From: Bacteroidales bacterium
GTDB lineage: Bacteria; Bacteroidota; Bacteroidia; Bacteroidales; UBA1715
DNA: 64,000 nucleotides
NCBI GenBank assembly: GCA_036752345.1
Contig: DAIOSV010000001.1
Span: forward strand, 44,884-108,883
Direction: 5' to 3'
Position numbers and translations under genes: made by a program. Shown one piece after another: positions 45,506 to 53,762 of the stretch (positions are counted from its first letter, which is position 1; each line of letters opens with the position of its first letter). The notes below the pieces were generated by a model. That model was not told where the DNA came from and ran no database searches. It was given only the letters and a program-made list of their open reading frames with translations.

Positions 45506-47755
45506 ATGAGTAAGAAGAGCTATGACTGGCAATATGCCACTGTTGGCGGAGTTCCCCGCGTTGACATTAAATCAGGTGCTGATATCGCACATTTGGGCGA
45601 ATTAGATCAAAAAATGTGGACAGTCTTGAGTTGTCCGGTTAAGGATCTTGAAATAGACACCAAGACCTTACAAATGATGGACAAAGACAATGATGGTAAA
45701 ATTCGTGTAAACGAAGTAGTTGAAGCTGCCGAATGGGCAACAAAAGTTCTCAAAGACCCGGAATTGTTGTTGAAGCAACAAGGAACGCTTCCGCTTGCTG
45801 CCATTAATCAAGATACTGATGAAGGAAAGAAAATCTATAATTCTGCAAAAGAAATATTGAAGAACCTTGGTCTCACCAAAGATTCAATTTCAATTGAAGA
45901 TACTGCCGATAGTCTTGCCATTTTTGCTAAAACCAGATTCAATGGCGATGGCGTTATTACCGTAAATTCTACTGACGATGAGGCTCTCAAAGCTATCATT
46001 GATGCTTGTATCAAAACAATAGGTTCAAGTCCCGACAGAAGTGGCGAAGCTGGTGTTACAGCTGAGCAACTTGAGGCATTCTATACTGCTTGTGCAGACT
46101 ATACTACATGGCTTGCTAGTGCCGATGCCGACAAAGCTGCTAATTTCCCATACGGCGACAATACTGCTGCTGCTTTGGCTGCCTTCAAGACATTGCAAGA
46201 CAAAATCAACGATTACTTTATGCGTTGTAAACTTGCCGCATTTGACGAAGATTCTACGGCAGCATTAGATGTTTCTGTGGCTCGTTTTGAAGCTATTAGC
46301 GACAAAAATCTTGCAACGTGCAACGATGAAATTTCTTCATATCCGCTTGCTCGTGTGAGCAAAAAGAAAGAATTGCCTCTTGTTGAAGGTATTAATCCGG
46401 CGTGGGAAGGGGCTTTTGCCGAACTAAAACGTTTGGTTTTTGATGTTGATTTTTCAAAACAGAAAACACTCTCTGAAGAAGATTGGCAGAGCGTTGTGGC
46501 TAAATTTAAACCATACGAAACATGGCTTTCTCAAAAGAAAGGTGAAGTAGTAGAATCGCTTGGTGCTGATGTGTTGAACACTATAGTTGCCAAAAATCAA
46601 AAAGATGCGTTACTCTCGTTGGTAGCCGAAGATAAAGCATTGGAGGCTGAAGCTCAAGAAATTGAGGCAGTCGACAAAATGTTGCACCTCTGCCGCGATT
46701 TATTCCGTTTGATTAAGAACTATGTAACGTTTACCGACTTTTATTCTCGCGACAAAGATAATATGGCAATTTTCCAGGCTGGTACTCTCTTTGTTGACCA
46801 ACGCAGCTGCGACCTTTGTATTCGTGTAACCGATATGGCTAAACACAATACCATGGCTACGTATAGCGGCATGTATTTGTTGTACTGCGATTGCTATTCA
46901 AAACAGAAAAACGAAACCATGACCATCGTTGCCGTAATGACCGATGGTGATGTTGATGATTTGTTGGTAGGCAAGAATGCTATTTTCTACGACAGAGACG
47001 GGTTGGATTGGGATGCTAAGATTGTGAAGATAATTGATAACCCAATTAGTATTCGTCAGGCATTTTGGGCACCGTACAAGAAATTTGCAAACTGGGTTAC
47101 CGGTTTAATTAATAAATCTGCTGCAGAAAAAGACTCCAAGTCTTTTGATACGGTGACAAAAAGTGTTACCGAAAAGACAGAGACAGCTGCTGTTCCAGAC
47201 AAACCAGCTGATCCAGCAAAAGCGCAACCGTTCGATATTGCCAAATTTGCCGGTATTTTCGCAGCCATAGGTATGGCTTTGGGCTTCATTGGCTCGTTCG
47301 TAGTGAGTGTAGTTTCAGGCTTTGCAAAACTTTCATGGTGGCAAGCTATCTTGGCATTTGTTGCCATTTTGTTGCTCATTTCCGGTCCATCAATGATTAT
47401 GGCTTGGTTAAAGTTGCGCAAGCGCAATCTTGCTCCTTTGTTAGATTCTAACGGTTGGGCAGTGAACGCTCGTGCTTATGTTAACATTACATTTGGTGCT
47501 ACGCTTACCAAAATAGCAGCGTTCCCAACGGTAGTGTTACAAGACCCATACGCTGACAAGGGAATGCCAATGTGGAAGAAAATTCTTATCACCGTGGTAT
47601 TCTTAATAATAGTTTTTGGAGTTCTTTATTTCTTAGACGTATTCGCGTTCTTGGGATTCCCTTTCCATGAAGCACCTGCAGCAGTTGCCGACACGTTGCA
47701 AAAGGCAACTGACACGTTGGCTACTCACATTGATACAACGGCAATAGGAAAATAA
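45506..47755 (+). CDS. Large EF-hand-containing membrane protein, function unknown
   Basis: 749 aa with no signal peptide. Canonical 12-residue EF-hand loop DKDNDGKIRVNE (nt 45680-45715). A long soluble Ala/Asp-rich helical region is followed by 3 hydrophobic helices in the last ~170 aa (FAGIFAAIGMALGFIGSFVVSVV; WWQAILAFVAILLLISGPSMIMAW; ILITVVFLIIVFGVLYFLDVFAFLGF). Confidence 0.7.
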   Translation: MSKKSYDWQYATVGGVPRVDIKSGADIAHLGELDQKMWTVLSCPVKDLEIDTKTLQMMDKDNDGKIRVNEVVEAAEWATKVLKDPELLLKQQGTLPLAAINQDTDEGKKIYNSAKEILKNLGLTKDSISIEDTADSLAIFAKTRFNGDGVITVNSTDDEALKAIIDACIKTIGSSPDRSGEAGVTAEQLEAFYTACADYTTWLASADADKAANFPYGDNTAAALAAFKTLQDKINDYFMRCKLAAFDEDSTAALDVSVARFEAISDKNLATCNDEISSYPLARVSKKKELPLVEGINPAWEGAFAELKRLVFDVDFSKQKTLSEEDWQSVVAKFKPYETWLSQKKGEVVESLGADVLNTIVAKNQKDALLSLVAEDKALEAEAQEIEAVDKMLHLCRDLFRLIKNYVTFTDFYSRDKDNMAIFQAGTLFVDQRSCDLCIRVTDMAKHNTMATYSGMYLLYCDCYSKQKNETMTIVAVMTDGDVDDLLVGKNAIFYDRDGLDWDAKIVKIIDNPISIRQAFWAPYKKFANWVTGLINKSAAEKDSKSFDTVTKSVTEKTETAAVPDKPADPAKAQPFDIAKFAGIFAAIGMALGFIGSFVVSVVSGFAKLSWWQAILAFVAILLLISGPSMIMAWLKLRKRNLAPLLDSNGWAVNARAYVNITFGATLTKIAAFPTVVLQDPYADKGMPMWKKILITVVFLIIVFGVLYFLDVFAFLGFPFHEAPAAVADTLQKATDTLATHIDTTAIGK

Positions 47756-47758
47756 CGT

Positions 47759-48982
47759 ATGGTTCTCCATAGCACACAACAGAAGCAGCAACGGTTTATT
47801 CCCTTGCTGTTTCTTGTTTTATGCAATATCGCACTCATTTCGTACGTGGTTTCGTGCGCATCAACGCGGAGGCTTTGCGCAAGCAAAGCAACCCCGTACA
47901 ATATTGCGGTGCCATTTTTCCCCGATTCTATGAATATTCCTGCCGACAATCCTATGACGGTGGAAGGAGTAGAGTTGGGACGCTATTTGTTTTATGACGG
48001 ACGAATGTCGGGAAGAACCGACAAAGACAGCCTTATGTCGTGTGCCACGTGCCATAGACAGAGCCATTCGTTTGAATGTGGCATAGACCACCCAAAATAC
48101 AAAGGCGGACGTACCTTTGGGCTTACCGGCATACCTACGCCACATTTTATGATGCCACTCATCAATCTGGCATGGATAAACGAGGGCTATTTCTGGAATG
48201 GTATGATAAATAATAACAACCAGCATTTGGGCGGTCGTTATGGGGTACCCGCAACCAAAGAGTATAATTTTAAAAACATTGAATCGTTGGTGTGGATGAC
48301 TATTGTGGCTCCGCACGAATGCAATGGTTCTATACAACGCACCGTGGCTTTATTGCAGCAAGATCCTATGTATCCGCCCATGTTTAAACGTGCATTTGGT
48401 TCTGAAGAAATCAACATCGACCGCATATCAAAAGCTGTGGCGCAATTTGTGCGTTCGTTGGTTTCGTTCAATTCTAAGTTTGACCAATTTATGCGTGGAG
48501 AAACGAAACTCACCGATGCTGAAATGCGCGGATTCTTCTTGTTTACAACCGAAAAAGCGGACTGCTTTCATTGTCATGGTTCTCCAGCCTTGCCTTTGTG
48601 GACTACTAATTTGTTTATGAATAATGCCAAAGACATAGACTTCACCGACCGTGGCGACCGCTATGCCGTTACCGGCGATACGCTCGATCGTGGAAAATAT
48701 CGTGTGCCTACGTTGCGCAATATTGAATTTACTGCGCCTTATATGCATGATGGCCGTTTTTCTACCTTAGATGAAGTGTTGGAGTTTTATAACTCAAAAC
48801 TAAAACGTTCGCCTTATGTTGACCCGCTCATGATAAACGTGAACCATGGTGGCATGTTTTTGTCAAAAGAGGAGTTGGCCGATTTGAAAGCCTTTTTGCT
48901 CACCTTGTCAGATACCAGTTTCTTGCACAATCCGCAATACTCAAATCCGCTGCCGGATAATAAGTTTTTTATACGAGATTAG
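47759..48982 (+). CDS. Di-haem cytochrome c peroxidase / MauG family, lipoprotein
   Basis: 407 aa. Two CxxCH haem motifs (CATCH, CFHCH), PTLRNIEFTAPYMHDGRF block, lipobox-like VVSC. Starts 3 nt after the stop of the EF-hand protein gene. Confidence 0.88.
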   Translation: MVLHSTQQKQQRFIPLLFLVLCNIALISYVVSCASTRRLCASKATPYNIAVPFFPDSMNIPADNPMTVEGVELGRYLFYDGRMSGRTDKDSLMSCATCHRQSHSFECGIDHPKYKGGRTFGLTGIPTPHFMMPLINLAWINEGYFWNGMINNNNQHLGGRYGVPATKEYNFKNIESLVWMTIVAPHECNGSIQRTVALLQQDPMYPPMFKRAFGSEEINIDRISKAVAQFVRSLVSFNSKFDQFMRGETKLTDAEMRGFFLFTTEKADCFHCHGSPALPLWTTNLFMNNAKDIDFTDRGDRYAVTGDTLDRGKYRVPTLRNIEFTAPYMHDGRFSTLDEVLEFYNSKLKRSPYVDPLMINVNHGGMFLSKEELADLKAFLLTLSDTSFLHNPQYSNPLPDNKFFIRD

Positions 48983-48993
48983 CTGTTTGCCTT

Positions 48994-49035
48994 TGGCTAT
49001 TGGAAAAAATGCTAGTAGCTAAAGCCCAATAGCCA
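48994..49035. terminator. Hairpin between convergent genes (candidate bidirectional terminator, no U-tract)
   Basis: 10-bp stem TGGCTATTGG / CCAATAGCCA with a 22-nt loop, between the CCP stop (48982) and the acyltransferase stop (49041). The stem is nearly identical to the serA terminator stem. Confidence 0.45.
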
Positions 49036-49040
49036 GCAGT

Positions 49041-49805
49041 TTATAAAACCGTTGGTGTTTCAACGCCGTTTGGCCACGCGGCTTGATAGAAACCCTCAAG
49101 TTTGCGATTAAATTCGTGACGTCCCAATTTGCTCCATTCCAGAGCATCTGCAGTAATGTCTCTGTATTCAATGGAGACGTGACGTTTTTTCTTGAAAAAC
49201 AACACAAGAGTTATCAGTTGTAGAAACGCTTTGGCAAGCAAGCGCACTATTGAAGGGGTGCTGTCTCTGTTGTAACGGCTCCATTGACTCCCCCAAAGTC
49301 CGGTGATGCGTATGCCTATCACTGATGCATTGGCAGGAAGGTTTTTGCAAGCATCGTAGGCAAGTTGGCGGTTTCCAATGGTTTCACTTCCGTCAGTGGT
49401 AATGTGTCCTGAAGGATTGAGGAGCATTACGTCGCCGTTGGCAAGACTTTGGTTTACAATGTTAGGCAGTTGCATGACAAATGATGCATTACGTTTCATA
49501 TCGCGCACATCGGGCACAGGTACCGCATCAAACAGACGCAATAATCCTCTGACTATGGGTATCTTGAAATATGGTGCAAACGAAATAGCACGCATTGGGT
49601 ATTTGCCCAAAGTTGAAAATAAGAGAATGTTGTCAACAATGGCGCGATGACTTGGAAGCATTAGCATAGCTCCCGCAAAAGGTTCTTTTAGACACTCGCG
49701 ACCGCGTTCTTCTACCACGTAATGCGATTTGAGAATAATACGAATCTTAAAACAGAGCAATCTCCGTATGTTGTATCGTATAGTTTGTTTGAATGTTTTT
49801 GCCAT
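49041..49805 (-). CDS. PlsC-type (lysophospholipid/glycerol-3-phosphate) acyltransferase family protein
   Basis: 254 aa. HX4D motif (PSHRAIVDN) and a downstream NPSGHITTDG block. No signal peptide. Confidence 0.7.
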   Translation of the reverse strand: MAKTFKQTIRYNIRRLLCFKIRIILKSHYVVEERGRECLKEPFAGAMLMLPSHRAIVDNILLFSTLGKYPMRAISFAPYFKIPIVRGLLRLFDAVPVPDVRDMKRNASFVMQLPNIVNQSLANGDVMLLNPSGHITTDGSETIGNRQLAYDACKNLPANASVIGIRITGLWGSQWSRYNRDSTPSIVRLLAKAFLQLITLVLFFKKKRHVSIEYRDITADALEWSKLGRHEFNRKLEGFYQAAWPNGVETPTVL

Positions 49806-49928
49806 ACTGTAGTTTTAATGGAGTGAAAGTACATATTTTTTCGAAAAAATACCACACATGTTTCCTAACCAATTAACTGACAAAGCTTCCTCAAATTTTC
49901 CTATCTTCGTCGCGTAAAATGATAGAAC

Positions 49929-50894
49929 ATGTACGAACAACTTCAACAACTTGACAATATACGTTTGAACTTTGGCAACAACGGTTCGTTGGTGTTGAAT
50001 ATTGTGCTTGCGTTCATTATGTTTGGTGTAGCGTTAGGCATTAAACCAATTCAATTTAAAACGGCATTTATGCGCCCCAAAGCGGTCATAACAGGCATGA
50101 TATCGCAAATGATATTACTCCCGGCATCCACGTTCTTGTTTGTCTCTATTTTCCATTCCTATCTAACGCTGACGGTAGCCATGGGGGCAATTTTGGTGGC
50201 AGCTTGTCCGGGAGGGAACATTTCTAACTTTATCAGTTCGCTGAGCCGCGGAAACGTTGAGCTTTCGGTGTCACTTACCGCCATTAGTACCATAACCGCA
50301 ATTATTGTGACACCGCTTAATTTTGCCTTTTGGGGAAATTTGTACGCCGAAACCTCTGACTTGGTGCGGCCGCTCATAATTCCGCTTGGAGAAGTATTTA
50401 AAACACTCGTACTCATTTTGGGAATACCTTTGGCGTTGGGGGTGATTACCTCTATGAAGTTCCCCGAATTTGCCAAAAAGATATCGAAACCGATTCAACG
50501 CATTTCCATCCTCATATTTTCAATTATGGTGGTGGTAGCCTTTGCAGCCAATAGCGAATATTTTGTGAAATATATACGCTACATTTTCATCATCGTATTG
50601 TTGCAAAATGCGTTGGCTTTTCTTGTAGGATATGTAGCAGCAACAACAGCGCGTCTTAACGACCGCGATCGCCGTACGGTAACAATAGAAACGGGTATTC
50701 AAAACTCCGGTATGGCCCTGATGTTGATTTTCAACCCGGCCATATTTCCACCGGATATGGCGGTAGGCGGTATGGCATTCGTGGCTGCCTGGTGGGGAGT
50801 GTGGCACATAATAGCCGGACTGTCTCTTGCGGCCTTTTGGAACGAGAAACGGTTTCGTGAATACAATTCTTTGAAATTGAGAAGACGGAGATAA
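49929..50894 (+). CDS. Bile acid:sodium symporter (BASS) family transporter
   Basis: 321 aa with about 9-10 TM helices. ACPGGN.SN and ETGIQNSGMAL signature blocks. Confidence 0.85.
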   Translation: MYEQLQQLDNIRLNFGNNGSLVLNIVLAFIMFGVALGIKPIQFKTAFMRPKAVITGMISQMILLPASTFLFVSIFHSYLTLTVAMGAILVAACPGGNISNFISSLSRGNVELSVSLTAISTITAIIVTPLNFAFWGNLYAETSDLVRPLIIPLGEVFKTLVLILGIPLALGVITSMKFPEFAKKISKPIQRISILIFSIMVVVAFAANSEYFVKYIRYIFIIVLLQNALAFLVGYVAATTARLNDRDRRTVTIETGIQNSGMALMLIFNPAIFPPDMAVGGMAFVAAWWGVWHIIAGLSLAAFWNEKRFREYNSLKLRRRR

Positions 50895-51007
50895 AGAACA
50901 TTTGAGAGGAATTTCATTGCACAAAGAGAGATACACGTTTCTATTTTGCGATTGTTCAAATAAACCGTATTTTTGGAAAATAGAAAAAATTTCATCTCGG
51001 GTAACTA

Positions 51008-52525
51008 ATGAAAAATATAAAAATAATCTCTTTCATAGTAGGTGTTTTTTTGTTGTTAGGTTGCATCAGCTACTTTTTCCCCGAAGATGGTGTGCAATTC
51101 ACGATACGGTTTCCATCAATCAAAGAAATTTTTTCTCCTAAAAAAGATACTGCCAATATTGATAAAAATTTGCAATCAATAGAGCAGGGGCTTGCTTTTG
51201 CTGCTGATAGTAGCGAAATTCCCGCAAATTCCGATTCTCTCTTGTGTCTTGATACGCTGCATTTTTATCAGCAATTTGATAGCGTGAATGTGGCGCGTAT
51301 TTATTTCCCCAATAACAATCAGGAGATAATGGAAAGCGTGTTTACTGCGTTCGAAAACATACAGCAAAAGGGTGGCTATCTGCACATATTGCATTACGGC
51401 GACTCTCAGATAGAGTTGGACCGCATTTCCGGTTATTTCCGCGAGGCGTTGCAAGATAAATTCGGTGGATATGGTGCCGGTTTGCTTCCGGTTATTCCAT
51501 TGATACAGTCCACACCGGTGGGGCAGACATCGTCAGACAGTTTGCCGCGCTATGTGGCTTCGGGCACTATGCGTCAGAAGTTGCCTCACAACCGCTACGG
51601 CGTGTTGGCTCAGATGACGCCACTTGAAGGCGGGGTAACGCTTACACTCAGTGCGCGCAACTGGAAACAGGTGTATCAGCATACCAAACAGTTCTCAAAA
51701 GTTCGTTTGCTTATCGGAAATAATTCCGAAGATTTCCGTGCTGCAATTTCGGTTGAAGGATACGATTCATTACAAGTAGTAGAATCGGCACATTCGGGAC
51801 TTACCGAACTCTCATGGCAGTTGCCTTCGTATGTAACCAAATGTGCCATACGTTTGCAGGGGAAAGCCGAACTGTATGCCATTTCGCTCGAAAGTACTAA
51901 AGGTGTTACGGTTGACAACATTCCGTTGCGAGGCAGTGCCGGGACGTTTTTTACCGGAATTTCATCGTCGTTGTTGCAATCGTCTATGAAGGCGCTCAAC
52001 GTGCCTATGATTATTCTTGAATATGGAGGAAATGTGGTGCCTGCAATTAATTCAAAGCAGGCGGTTGAAAATTATAAGAACGATTTTGCGCGTCAAATTC
52101 GCTATTTGCAAAACCTGCATCCCGGCGTCTTTATTTTGGTGATAGGTCCTGCCGATATGGCAACCAAAATCAATGGAGAACTGCAAACGTGGCCCTACGT
52201 AGAAGAAGTGGCGCAAGCCATGAAAGAAGCTGCACTAGAGAATGGAGCTGCGTTTTGGAATATGTATGAGGTAATGGGTGGCCGAAATTCCATGATACAA
52301 TGGGTTTCGCACAAACCGGCATGGGCTGCCAGCGATTATATTCACTTTTTACCTTCAGGTGCAAAACGAATATCCGACTTGTTCACTCAGTCGTTTCTGC
52401 ATTATTACGAGTATTACAAATTTAGACAACGAAATTCTCGCTGGTTATATGGAGAAGAGGCTCAACCTGATGAGCAGAATTGGGCTGCTGATTCTTTAGA
52501 GGTAGGACAACATGTGGAAAAATAA
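51008..52525 (+). CDS. Exported SGNH/GDSL-fold protein (putative O-acyltransferase/esterase partner of the MBOAT)
   Basis: 505 aa with an N-terminal anchor/lipobox (FIVGVFLLLGC). SGNH blocks I HYGDSQ, III EYGGN, V DYIH. Confidence 0.7.
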   Translation: MKNIKIISFIVGVFLLLGCISYFFPEDGVQFTIRFPSIKEIFSPKKDTANIDKNLQSIEQGLAFAADSSEIPANSDSLLCLDTLHFYQQFDSVNVARIYFPNNNQEIMESVFTAFENIQQKGGYLHILHYGDSQIELDRISGYFREALQDKFGGYGAGLLPVIPLIQSTPVGQTSSDSLPRYVASGTMRQKLPHNRYGVLAQMTPLEGGVTLTLSARNWKQVYQHTKQFSKVRLLIGNNSEDFRAAISVEGYDSLQVVESAHSGLTELSWQLPSYVTKCAIRLQGKAELYAISLESTKGVTVDNIPLRGSAGTFFTGISSSLLQSSMKALNVPMIILEYGGNVVPAINSKQAVENYKNDFARQIRYLQNLHPGVFILVIGPADMATKINGELQTWPYVEEVAQAMKEAALENGAAFWNMYEVMGGRNSMIQWVSHKPAWAASDYIHFLPSGAKRISDLFTQSFLHYYEYYKFRQRNSRWLYGEEAQPDEQNWAADSLEVGQHVEK

Positions 52526-53762
52526 ACTATTCGCAGTGTGGTTTGTATGCATGGCGCAGGTGGCATGGGGGCAACAACCGTACTATCCCTGTGTGGTTGA
52601 TTCCATGAATACCATACAGATTCCGCGTGGTACCAGCGAACGGTTGAATTGTTTCTACTCAAAACTTTACACTGTGGTTACCTCCGAGAGCGGGCAGCTT
52701 TCGGTGATGCACATTGGCGGCTCGCACATTCAAGCCGATATATTCTCGCATCAGGTTCGTTCGCATTTTGATTCACTATTTCCCGACACGCATACTAGTC
52801 GCGGCATCATTTTCCCCTATGAAACGGCTCGCACCAACAATCCGTCAAATTATACCGTGTCGCACAAAGGCTCTTGGGAAGCTTCGCGTAACGTGAGAGA
52901 AGAACGCAGTGCACCGTTGGGCGTTACCGGTATAGCCGTCACTACGGTTGATTCTGTTGCGGAAATTACGGTATACCTTAACCCCGATGTAGAGCAACAT
53001 CGCTGGAAGTTTACACGTCTTACCTTGCTTGGTAGTGCCGAAAGTCCTTTGGTAGAACCTGTTTTGCTTGTAAACGACGCCGTGCTTACGGCAAAATATG
53101 ACTCTGTGCAGTCGGTGTACGTTTACACATTGGAGCACGAAGCAGAGGCATTTACCCTCAAAATTGTGCAACGCGATACGGTGACGCACGCTTTTACCGT
53201 ACAGGGATTTTTGGTTGAAAACGACAACCCCGGCGTGGTGTATCATGCCATTGGTGTGAATGGGGCATCGGTGCCGTCGTATTTGTCGTGCGAAAACTTT
53301 GAGCGCGATTTGGCGCTTCTTCATCCCGATTTGTTTGTGTTTGGCATTGGCATAAACGATGCTGTTCCTGAAACGTTTTCAGACTCGGCATTTATAGCAC
53401 AATACGATTCGCTTATAGCTAACATAGAGCATGTGGTGCCCGATTGTGCGTACATTTTTGTAACCAATAACGATTCGTACCGAAAAATCAAATCGGGCAG
53501 GTCGTCGAATTACGAAGTGAACCGAAACGGGTTGCGCGTGCAGCGCGATTTCTACGATCTTGCCATAAAGCACGATGGCGGTGTGTGGGACATGTTTGCC
53601 GTAATGGGTGGCTTGTGTTCCATGAAACAATGGGAGGCATTTGGTTTGGCAAAGAAAGACAAGGTGCACTTTACCAACAAAGGATACAAGTTGCTGGGCA
53701 ATCTGTTTTATACTGCATTGATTGAGTCGTACAACAAAACAATGATAGAAAAACAATGGTAG
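52512..53762 (+). CDS. Exported SGNH-fold paralogue with a variant block I
   Basis: 416 aa with signal MWKNKLFAVWFVCMAQVAWGQ. Blocks I HIGGSH (GGS instead of GDS), III GIGIND, V DKVH. 14-nt overlap upstream and 7-nt overlap downstream. Confidence 0.7.
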   Translation: MWKNKLFAVWFVCMAQVAWGQQPYYPCVVDSMNTIQIPRGTSERLNCFYSKLYTVVTSESGQLSVMHIGGSHIQADIFSHQVRSHFDSLFPDTHTSRGIIFPYETARTNNPSNYTVSHKGSWEASRNVREERSAPLGVTGIAVTTVDSVAEITVYLNPDVEQHRWKFTRLTLLGSAESPLVEPVLLVNDAVLTAKYDSVQSVYVYTLEHEAEAFTLKIVQRDTVTHAFTVQGFLVENDNPGVVYHAIGVNGASVPSYLSCENFERDLALLHPDLFVFGIGINDAVPETFSDSAFIAQYDSLIANIEHVVPDCAYIFVTNNDSYRKIKSGRSSNYEVNRNGLRVQRDFYDLAIKHDGGVWDMFAVMGGLCSMKQWEAFGLAKKDKVHFTNKGYKLLGNLFYTALIESYNKTMIEKQW

